Assembly (NCBI GenBank): GCA_051362555.1
Contig: CM120641.1
Coordinates: 22,884,401-22,948,400, forward strand
Origin: Lingula anatina
Lineage: Eukaryota; Animalia; Brachiopoda
Reading direction: 5' to 3'
DNA length: 64,000 nucleotides
Shown here: one piece after another, positions 53,513-64,000 of the stretch
Layout of the letters: every line of letters begins with the position of its first letter
Position numbering within the stretch: position 1 is the stretch's first letter
Position numbers and translations under genes: made by a program
Notes under the pieces: model-generated
The model's database searches: none
What the model was told of the DNA's origin: nothing
Seen by the model: the letters and a program-made list of their open reading frames with translations, nothing else

Positions 53513-56500
53513 ATGACCCGTCACCAATTTTTCCAAAAAGTGATGAAAATTAATTTACCACACCTGACATTCATAAAAAATGTGGAAACGCGCCCGGGTC
53601 ACTTCATTAAAGCCCCCAATTTCAGCTTTAAAGATTGCCAGAAAGCACACCTGAGAACAGGATTTGGAGAGAGGGGGGGTGGAGAGAGTTTTTGCTCTAT
53701 TTCTTCCTAAATAATGACACAATCACTCTTCCAGCACTTTACCCTCACTACAAATGACCAAACACACCTACCTGACACAATATTGAAGAAAAAAATTTTT
53801 CATCCCTACCTGGCCAAAATTGAAGAAAACTGCCATATCGGACCTTACGAAAATCTCTCAAAATCACCCAAAAATGACCCGTCACCAATTTTTCCAAAAA
53901 GTGATGAAAATTAATTTACCACACCTGACATTCATAAAAAATGTGGAAACGCGCCCGGGTCACTTCATTAAAGCCCCCAATTTCAGCTTTAAAGATTGCC
54001 AGAAAGCACACCTGAGAACAGGATTTGGAGAGAGGGGGGGTGGAGAGAGTTTTTGCTCTATTTCTTCCTAAATAATGACACAATCACTCTTCCAGCACTT
54101 TACCCTCACTACAAATGACCAAACACACCTACCTGACACAATATTGAAGAAAAAAATTTTTCATCCCTACCTGGCCAAAATTGAAGAAAACTGCCATATC
54201 CGGACCTTACGAAAATCTCTCAAAATCACCCAAAAATGACCCGTCACCAATTTTTCCAAAAAGTGATGAAAATTAATTTACCACACCTGACATTCATCAA
54301 AAATGTGGAAACGCGCCCGGGTCACTTCATTAAAGCCCCCAATTTCAGCTTTAAAGATTGCCAGAAAGCACACCTGAGAACAGGATTTGGAGAGAGGGGG
54401 GGTGGGAGAGAGTTTTTGCTCTATTTCTTCCTAAATAATGACACAATCACTCTTCCAGCACTTTACCCTCACTACAAATGACCAAACACACCTACCTGAC
54501 ACAATATTGAAGAAAAAAATTTTTCATCCCTACCTGGCCAAAATTGAAGAAAACTGCCATATCCGGACCTTACGAAAATCTCTCAAAATCACCCAAAAAT
54601 GACCCGTCACCAATTTTTCCAAAAAGTGATGAAAATTAATTTACCACACCTGACATTCATAAAAAATGTGGAAACGCGCCCGGGTCACTTCATTAAAGCC
54701 CCCAATTTCAGCTTTAAAGATTGCCAGAAAGCACACCTGAGAACAGGATTTGGAGAGAGGGGGGGTGGAAAGAGTTTTTGCTCTATTTCTTCCTAAATAA
54801 TGACACAATCACTCTTCCAGCACTTTACCCTCACTACAAATGACCAAACACACCTACCTGACACAATATTGAAGAAAAAAATTTTTCATCCCTACCTGGC
54901 CAAAATTGAAGAAAACTGCCATATCCGGACCTTACGAAAATCTCTCAAAATCACCCAAAAATGACCCGTCACCAATTTTTCCAAAAAGTGATGAAAATTA
55001 ATTTACCACACCTGACATTCATAAAAAATGTGGAAACGCGCCCGGGTCACTTCATTAAAGCCCCCAATTTCAGCTTTAAAGATTGCCAGAAAGCACACCT
55101 GAGAACAGGATTTGGAGAGAGGGGGGGGTGGAGAGAGTTTTTGCTCTATTTCTTCCTAAATAATGACACAATCACTCTTCCAGCACTTTACCCTCACTAC
55201 AAATGACCAAACACACCTACCTGACACAATATTGAAGAAAAAAATTTTTCATCCCTACCTGGCCAAAATTGAAGAAAACTGCCATATCCGGACCTTACGA
55301 AAATCTCTCAAAATCACCCAAAAATGACCCGTCACAATTTTTCCAAAAAGTGATGAAAATTAATTTACCACACCTGACATTCATAAAAAATGTGGAAACG
55401 CGCCCGGGTCACTTCATTAAAGCCCCAATTTCAGCTTTAAAGATTGCCAGAAAGCACACCTGAGAACAGGATTTGGAGAGAGGGGGGGTGGAGAGAGTTT
55501 TTGCTCTATTTCTTCCTAAATAATGACACAATCACTCTTCCAGCACTTTACCCTCACTACAAATGACCAAACACACCTACCTGACACAATATTTAAAAAA
55601 AAAATTTTCATCCCTACCTGGCCAAAATTGAAGAAAACTGCCATATCCGGACCTTACGAAAATCTCTCAAAATCACCCAAAAATGACCCGTCACCAATTT
55701 TTCCAAAAAGTGATGAAAATTAATTTACCACACCTGACATTCATAAAAAATGTGGAAACGCGCCCGGGTCACTTCATTAAAGCCCCCAATTTCAGCTTTA
55801 AAGATTGCCAGAAAGCACACCTGAGAACAGGATTTGGAGAGAGGGGGGGTGGAGAGAGTTTTTGCTCTATTTCTTCCTAAATAATGACACAATCACTCTT
55901 CCAGCACTTTACCCTCACTACAAATGACCAAACACACCTACCTGACACAATATTGAAGAAAAAAATTTTTCATCCCTACCTGGCCAAAATTGAAGAAAAC
56001 TGCCATAATCGGACCTTACGAAAATCTCTCAAAATCACCCAAAAATGACCCGTCACCAATTTTTCCAAAAAGTGATGAAAATTAATTTACCACACCTGAC
56101 ATTCATAAAAAATGTGGAAACGCGCCCGGGTCACTTCATTAAAGCCCCCAATTTCAGCTTTAAAGATTGCCAGAAAGCACACCTGAGAACAGGATTTGGA
56201 GAGAGGGGGGGTGGAGAGAGTTTTTGCTCTATTTCTTCCTAAATAATGACACAATCACTCTTCCAGCACTTTACCCTCACTACAAATGACCAAACACACC
56301 TACCTGACACAATATTGAAGAAAAAAATTTTTCATCCCTACCTGGCCAAAATTGAAGAAAACTGCCATATCCGGACCTTACGAAAATCTCTCAAAATCAC
56401 CCAAAAATGACCCGTCACCAATTTTTCCAAAAAGTGATGAAAATTAATTTACCACACCTGACATTCATCAAAAATGTGGAAACGCGCCCGGGTCACTTCA

Positions 56501-56770
56501 TTAAAGCCCCCAATTTCAGCTTTAAAGATTGCCAGAAAGCACACCTGAGAACAGGATTTGGAGAGAGGGGGGGGTGGAGAGAGTTTTTTGCTCTATTTCT
56601 TCCTAAATAATGACACAATCACTCTTCCAGCACTTTACCCTCACTACAAATGACCAAACACACCTACCTGACACAATATTGAAGAAAAAAATTTTTCATC
56701 CCTACCTGGCCAAAATTGAAGAAAACTGCCATATCCGGACCTTACGAAAATCTCTCAAAATCACCCAAAA
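52426..56770. repeat. 6-monomer (~2172-bp) duplication
   Basis: GGAAAGAG 52597/54770, G8 monomers 52788/54961, ATATTTAA 53423/55594, CATCAAAAA 54298/56469 (offsets 2171-2173). Confidence 0.8.
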
Positions 56771-59700
56771 ATGACCCGTCACCAATTTTTCCAAAAAGTG
56801 ATGAAAATTAATTTACCACACCTGACATTCATAAAAAATGTGGAAACGCGCCCGGGTCACTTCATTAAAGCCCCCAATTTCAGCTTTAAAGATTGCCAGA
56901 AAGCACACCTGAGAACAGGATTTGGAGAGAGGGGGGGTGGAGAGAGTTTTTGCTCTATTTCTTCCTAAATAATGACACAATCACTCTTCCAGCACTTTAC
57001 CCTCACTACAAATGACCAAACACACCTACCTGACACAATATTGAAGAAAAAAAATTTTTCATCCCTACCTGGCCAAAATTGAAGAAAACTGCCATATCCG
57101 GACCTTACGAAAATCTCTCAAAATCACCCAAAAATGACCCGTCACCAATTTTTCCAAAAAGTGATGAAAATTAATTTACCACACCTGACATTCATAAAAA
57201 ATGTGGAAACGCGCCCGGGTCACTTCATTAAAGCCCCCAATTTCAGCTTTAAAGATTGCCAGAAAGCACACCTGAGAACAGGATTTGGAGAGAGGGGGGG
57301 TGGAGAGAGTTTTTGCTCTATTTCTTCCTAAATAATGACACAATCACTCTTCCAGCACTTTACCCTCACTACAAATGACCAAACACACCTACCTGACACA
57401 ATATTGAAGAAAAAAATTTTTCATCCCTACCTGGCCAAAATTGAAGAAAACTGCCATATCGGACCTTACGAAAATCTCTCAAAATCACCCAAAAATGACC
57501 CGTCACCAATTTTTCCAAAAAGTGATGAAAATTAATTTACCACACCTGACATTCATAAAAAATGTGGAAACGCGCCCGGGTCACTTCATTAAAGCCCCCA
57601 ATTTCAGCTTTAAAGATTGCCAGAAAGCACACCTGAGAACAGGATTTGGAGAGAGGGGGGGTGGAGAGAGTTTTTGCTCTATTTCTTCCTAAATAATGAC
57701 ACAATCACTCTTCCAGCACTTTACCCTCACTACAAATGACCAAACACACCTACCTGACACAATATTGAAGAAAAAAATTTTTCATCCCTACCTGGCCAAA
57801 ATTGAAGAAAACTGCCATATCTGGACCTTACGAAAATCTCTCAAAATCACCCAAAAATGACCCGTCACCAATTTTTCCAAAAAGTGATGAAAATTAATTT
57901 ACCACACCTGACATTCATAAAAAATGTGGAAACGCGCCCGGGTCACTTCATTAAAGCCCCCAATTTCAGCTTTAAAGATTGCCAGAAAGCACACCTGAGA
58001 ACAGGATTTGGAGAGAGGGGGGGTGGAGAGAGTTTTTGCTCTATTTCTTCCTAAATAATGACACAATCACTCTTCCAGCACTTTACCCTCACTACAAATG
58101 ACCAAACACACCTACCTGACACAATATTGAAGAAAAAAATTTTTCATCCCTACCTGGCCAAAATTGAAGAAAACTGCCATATCCGGACCTTACGAAAATC
58201 TCTCAAAATCACCCAAAAATGACCCGTCACCAATTTTTCCAAAAAGTGATGAAAATTAATTTACCACACCTGACATTCATAAAAAATATGGAAACGCGCC
58301 CGGGTCACTTCATTAAAGCCCCCAATTTCAGCTTTAAAGATTGCCAGAAAGCACACCTGAGAACAGGATTTGGAGAGAGGGGGGGTGGAGAGAGTTTTTG
58401 CTCTATTTCTTCCTAAATAATGACACAATCACTCTTCCAGCACTTTACCCTCACTACAAATGACCAAACACACCTACCTGACACAATATTGAAGAAAAAA
58501 ATTTTTCATCCCTACCTGGCCAAAATTGAAGAAAACTGCCATATCCGGACCTTACGAAAATCTCTCAAAATCACCCAAAAATGACCCGTCACCAATTTTT
58601 CCAAAAAGTGATGAAAATTAATTTACCACACCTGACATTCATAAAAAATGTGGAAACGCGCCCGGGTCACTTCATTAAAGCCCCCAATTTCAGCTTTAAA
58701 GATTGCCAGAAAGCACACCTGAGAACAGGATTTGGAGAGAGGGGGGGTGGAGAGAGTTTTTGCTCTATTTCTTCCTAAATAATGACACAATCACTCTTCC
58801 AGCACTTTACCCTCACTACAAATGACCAAACACACCTACCTGACACAATATTGAAGAAAAAAATTTTTCATCCCTACCTGGCCAAAATTGAAGAAAACTG
58901 CCATATCCGGACCTTACGAAAATCTCTCAAAATCACCCAAAAATGACCCGTCACCAATTTTTCCAAAAAGTGATGAAAATTAATTTACCACACCTGACAT
59001 TCATAAAAAATGTGGAAACGCGCCCGGGTCACTTCATTAAAGCCCCCAATTTCAGCTTTAAAGATTGCCAGAAAGCACACCTGAGAACAGGATTTGGAGA
59101 GAGGGGGGGGTGGAGAGAGTTTTTGCTCTATTTCTTCCTAAATAATGACACAATCACTCTTCCAGCACTTTACCCTCACTACAAATGACCAAACACACCT
59201 ACCTGACACAATATTGAAGAAAAAAATTTTTCATCCCTACCTGGCCAAAATTGAAGAAAACTGCCATATCCGGACCTTACGAAAATCTCTCAAAATCACC
59301 CAAAAATGACCCGTCACCAATTTTTCCAAAAAGTGATGAAAATTAATTTACCACACCTGACATTCATAAAAAATGTGGAAACGCGCCCGGGTCACTTCAT
59401 TAAAGCCCCCAATTTCAGCTTTAAAGATTGCCAGAAAGCACACCTGAGAACAGGATTTGGAGAGAGGGGGGGATGGAGAGAGTTTTTGCTCTATTTCTTC
59501 CTAAATAATGACACAATCACTCTTCCAGCACTTTACCCTCACTACAAATGACCAAACACACCTACCTGACACAATATTGAAGAAAAAAATTTTTCATCCC
59601 TACCTGGCCAAAATTGAAGAAAACTGCCATATCCGGACCTTACGAAAATCTCTCAAAATCACCCAAAAATGACCCGTCACCAATTTTTCCAAAAAGTGAT

Positions 59701-62700
59701 GAAAATTAATTTACCACACCTGACATTCAAAAAAAAATGTGGAAACGCGCCCGGGTCACTTCATTAAAGCCCCCAATTTCAGCTTTAAAGATTGCCAGAA
59801 AGCACACCTGAGAACAGGATTTGGAGAGAGGGGGGGGTGGAGAGTTTTTGCTCTATTTCTTCCTAAATAATGACACAATCACTCTTCCAGCACTTTACCC
59901 TCACTACAAATTACCAAACACACCTACCTGACACAATATTGAAGAAAAAAATTTTTCATCCCTACCTGGCCAAAATTGAAGAAAACTGCCATATCCGGAC
60001 CTTACGAAAATCTCTCAAAATCACCCAAAAATGACCCGTCACCAATTTTTCCAAAAAGTGATGAAAATTAATTTACCACACCTGACATTCATAAAAAATG
60101 TGGAAACGCGCCCGGGTCACTTCATTAAAGCCCCCAATTTCAGCTTTAAAGATTGCCAGAAAGCACACCTGAGAACAGGATTTGGAGAGAGGGGGGGTGG
60201 AGAGAGTTTTTGCTCTATTTCTTCCTAAATAATGAAACAATCACTCTTCCAGCACTTTACCCTCACTACAAATGACCAAACACACCTACCTGACACAATA
60301 TTGAAGAAAAAAATTTTTCATCCCTACCTGGCCAAAATTGAAGAAAACTGCCATATCCGGACCTTACGAAAATCTCTCAAAATCACCCAAAAATGACCCG
60401 TCACCAATTTTTCCAAAAAGTGATGAAAATTAATTTACCACACCTGACATTCATAAAAAATGTGGAAACGCGCCCGGGTCACTTCATTAAAGCCCCCAAT
60501 TTCAGCTTTAAAGATTGCCAGAAAGCACACCTGAGAACAGGATTTGGAGAGAGGGGGGGTGGAGAGAGTTTTTGCTCTATTTCTTCCTAAATAATGACAC
60601 AATCACTCTTCCAGCACTTTACCCTCACTACAAATGACCAAACACACCTACCTGACACAATATTGAAGAAAAAAATTTTTCATCCCTACCTGGCCAAAAT
60701 TGAAGAAAACTGCCATATCCGGACCTTACGAAAATCTCTCAAAATCACCCAAAAATGACCCGTCACCAATTTTTCCAAAAAGTGATGAAAATTAATTTAC
60801 CACACCTGACATTCATAAAAAATGTGGAAACGCGCCCGGGTCACTTCATTAAAGCCCCCAATTTCAGCTTTAAAGATTGCCAGAAAGCACACCTGAGAAC
60901 AGGATTTGGAGAGAGGGGGGGGTGGAGAGAGTTTTTGCTCTATTTCTTCCTAAATAATGACACAATCACTCTTCCAGCACTTTACCCTCACTACAAATGA
61001 CCAAACACACCTACCTGACACAATATTGAAGAAAAAAATTTTTCATCCCTACCTGGCCAAAATTGAAGAAAACTGCCATATCCGGACCTTACGAAAATCT
61101 CTCAAAATCACCCAAAAATGACCCGTCACCAATTTTTCCAAAAAGTGATGAAAATTAATTTACCACACCTGACATTCATAAAAAATGTGGAAACGCGCCC
61201 GGGTCACTTCATTAAAGCCCCCAATTTCAGCTTTAAAGATTGCCAGAAAGCACACCTGAGAACAGGATTTGGAGAGAGGGGGGGTGGAGAGAGTTTTTGC
61301 TCTATTTCTTCCTAAATAATGACACAATCACTCTTCCAGCACTTTACCCTCACTACAAATTACCAAACACACCTACCTGACACAATATTGAAGAAAAAAA
61401 TTTTTCATCCCTACCTGGCCAAAATTGAAGAAAACTGCCAAATCCGAACCTTACGAAAATCTCTCAAAATCACCCAAAAATGACCCGTCACCTATTTTTC
61501 CAAAAAGTGATGAAAATTAATTTACCACACCTGACATTCATAAAAAATGTGGAAACGCGCCCGGGTCACTTCATTAAAGCCCCCAATTTCAGCTTTAAAG
61601 ATTGCCAGAAAGCACACCTGAGAACAGGATTTGGAGAGAGGGGGGGTGGAGAGAGTTTTTGCTCTATTTCTTCCTAAATAATGACACAATCACTCTTCCA
61701 GCACTTTACCCTCACTACAAATGACCAAACACACCTACCTGACACAATATTGAAGAAAAAAATTTTTCATCCCTACCTGGCCAAAATTAAAGAAAACTGC
61801 CATATCCGGACCTTACGAAAATCTCTCAAAATCACCCAAAAATGACCCGTCACCAATTTTTCCAAAAAGTGATGAAAATTAATTTACCACACCTGACATT
61901 CATAAAAAATGTGGAAACGCACCCGGGTCACTTCATTAAAGCCCCCAATTTCAGCTTTAAAGATTGCCAGAAAGCACACCTGAGAACAGGATTTGGAGAG
62001 AGGGGGGGTGGAGAGAGTTTTTGCTCTATTTCTTCCTAAATAATGACACAATCACTCTTCCAGCACTTTACCCTCACTACAAATGACCAAACACACCTAC
62101 CTGACACAATATTGAAGAAAAAAATTTTTCATCCCTACCTGGCCAAAATTGAAGAAAACTGCCATATCCGGACCTTACGAAAATCTCTCAAAATCACCCA
62201 AAAATGACCCGTCACCAATTTTTCCAAAAAGTGATGAAAATTAATTTACCACACCTGACATTCATAAAAAATGTGGAAACGCGCCCGGGTCACTTCATTA
62301 AAGCCCCCAATTTCAGCTTTAAAGATTGCCAGAAAGCACACCTGAGAACAGGATTTGGAGAGAGGGGGGGTGGAGAGAGTTTTTGCTCTATTTCTTCCTA
62401 AATAATGACACAATCACTCTTCCAGCACTTTACCCTCACTACAAATGACCAAACACACCTACCTGACACAATATTGAAGAAAAAAATTTTTCATCCCTAC
62501 CTGGCCAAAATTGAAGAAAACTGCCATATCCGGACCTTACGAAAATCTCTCAAAATCACCCAAAAATGACCCGTCACCAATTTTTCCAAAAAGTGATGAA
62601 AATTAATTTACCACACCTGACATTCATAAAAAAATGTGGAAACAAGCCCGGGTCACTTCATTAAAGCCCCCAATTTCAGCTTTAAAGATTGCCAGAAAGC

Positions 62701-63210
62701 ACACCTGAAAACAGGATTTGGAGAGAGGGGGGGTGGAGAGAGTTTTTGCTCTATTTCTTCCTAAATAATGACACAATCACTCTTCCAGCACTTTACCCTC
62801 ACTACAAATGACCAAACACACCTACCTGACACAATATTGAAGAAAAAAATTTTTCATCCCTACCTGGCCAAAATTGAAGAAAACTGCCATATCCGGACCT
62901 TACGAAAATCTCTCAAAATCACCCAAAAATGACCCGTCACCAATTTTTCCAAAAAGTGATGAAAATTAATTTACCACACCTGACATTCATAAAAAATGTG
63001 GAAACGCGCCCGGGTCACTTCATTAAAGCCCCCAATTTCAGCTTTAAAGATTGCCAGAAAGCACACCTGAGAACAGGATTTGGAGAGAGGGGGGGTGGAG
63101 AGAGTTTTTGCTCTATTTCTTCCTAAATAATGACACAATCACTCTTCCAGCACTTTACCCTCACTACAAATGACCAAACACACCTACCTGACACAATATT
63201 GAAGAAAAAA

Positions 63211-64000
63211 ATTTATCCCTACCTGGCCAAAATTGAAGAAAACTGCCATATCCGGACCTTACGAAAATCACTCAAAATCACCCAAAAATGACCCGTCAAA
63301 AATTTTTCCAAAAAGTGATGAAAATCAATTTACCACACCTGACATTCATAAAAATTGTGGAAACGCGCCCGGGTCACTTCATTAAAGCCCCCAATTTCAG
63401 CTTTAAAGATTGCCAGAAAGCACACCTGAGAACAGGATTTGGAGAGGGGGGGGGTGGAGAGAGTTTTTGCTCTATTTCTTCCTTAATAATGACACAACCA
63501 CTCTTCCAGTACTTTATCCTCACTACAAATGACCAAACACACCTACCTGACACAATATTGAAGAAAAAAATTTTTCATCCCTACCTGGCCAAAATTGAAG
63601 AAAACTGCCATATCCGGACCTTACGAAAATCACTCAAAATCACCCAAAAATGACCCGTCAAAAATTTTTCCAAAAAGTGATGAAAATCAATTTACCACAC
63701 CTGACATTCATAAAAAATGTGGAAACGCGCCCGGGTCACTTCATTAAAGCCCCCAATTTCAGCTTTAAAGATTGCCAGAAAGCACACCTGAGAACAGGAT
63801 TTGGAGAGGGGGGGGGTGGAGAGAGTTTTTGCTCTATTTCTTCCTTAATAATGACACAACCACTCTTCCAGTACTTTATCCTCACTACAAATGACCAAAC
63901 ACACCTACCTGACACAATATTGAAGAAAAAAATTTTTCATCCCTACCTGGCCAAAATTGAAGAAAACTGCCATATCCGGACCTTACGAAAATCACTCAAA
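63211..64000. repeat. Domain C: diverged monomer subfamily (~2.5% from domain B consensus), truncated by the window end
   Basis: Substitutions at 63270, 63299-63300, 63326, 63447, 63484, 63498, 63510 and 63517 all recur 362 bp later, and the first recurs again at 63994. Confidence 0.93.

Larger units (their letters stand above)
18548..63210. repeat. Domain B: more variable sub-array (~123 monomers, allele ACAATCACTCTT) containing local higher-order repeats
   Basis: A at monomer position 151 from 18619 onward. This creates a minus-strand TGA, which is why the 70-aa minus ORF vanishes from the ORF track after 18293. Homopolymer indels and shared substitutions are frequent. Confidence 0.95.
1..64000. 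repeat. Satellite DNA tandem array, 362-bp monomer, ~177 head-to-tail copies, running off both window ends
   Basis: Bases 1-362 recur directly. The ATGACCCG anchor falls at 301, 663, 1025 ... 63288, 63650 with 362-bp spacing (range 352-368 where indels occur). No inversion or non-repeat insertion was seen. Hand count of the monomer gives 55 G + 91 C of 362 (~40% GC). Confidence 0.99.

Noticed and set aside
55324-55683. Monomer with three separate 1-bp deletions
   Set aside because: All fall in short homopolymer runs and are unshared, so local sequencing or consensus error is as likely as biology.
301-63650. Cumulative register drift of only -1 bp after 175 monomers as evidence of length selection
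   Set aside because: Drift wanders from about +19 (25.3 kb) to about -4 (50 kb), consistent with a random walk that happens to end near zero.
301-63653. Repeated + strand 65-aa ORF (MTRHQFFQ...) and its 63-121 aa variants as a tandem gene array
   Set aside because: No recognisable domain. It is freely frameshifted by G-run indels, gains a stop at 12319 and loses its start near 39763, so there is no sign of coding constraint.
1-64000. CRISPR-like, integron-like or variable-cassette array
   Set aside because: There are no unique spacers or cassettes; the full 362 bp repeats and no associated genes are present.

Overview
The whole 64 kb window is one uninterrupted, single-orientation tandem array of a 362-bp monomer (about 177 copies, about 40% GC by hand count), typical of eukaryotic satellite DNA. 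I cannot assign the organism or a named satellite family. I found no credible genes, RNA genes, transposons or CRISPR arrays; the repeated 60-120 aa ORFs are chance frames of the monomer that indels break freely. The information lies in the variants between copies, which define three domains. Domain A (1 to ~18.55 kb) has about 51 near-identical copies with a fixed C at monomer position 151. Domain B (~18.55-63.2 kb) carries A at that position and is a mosaic of local higher-order repeats with 3-, 4-, 5-, 6- and twice 12-monomer periods. Domain C (from ~63.2 kb) is a subfamily with 9 linked substitutions. Both domain boundaries sit right next to a unique small indel. Variants include many adjacent two-base substitutions and CG/CHG transitions. 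All variant calls were made by eye and may be incomplete. I see no support for a novel protein-coding system; the interest is in satellite turnover.
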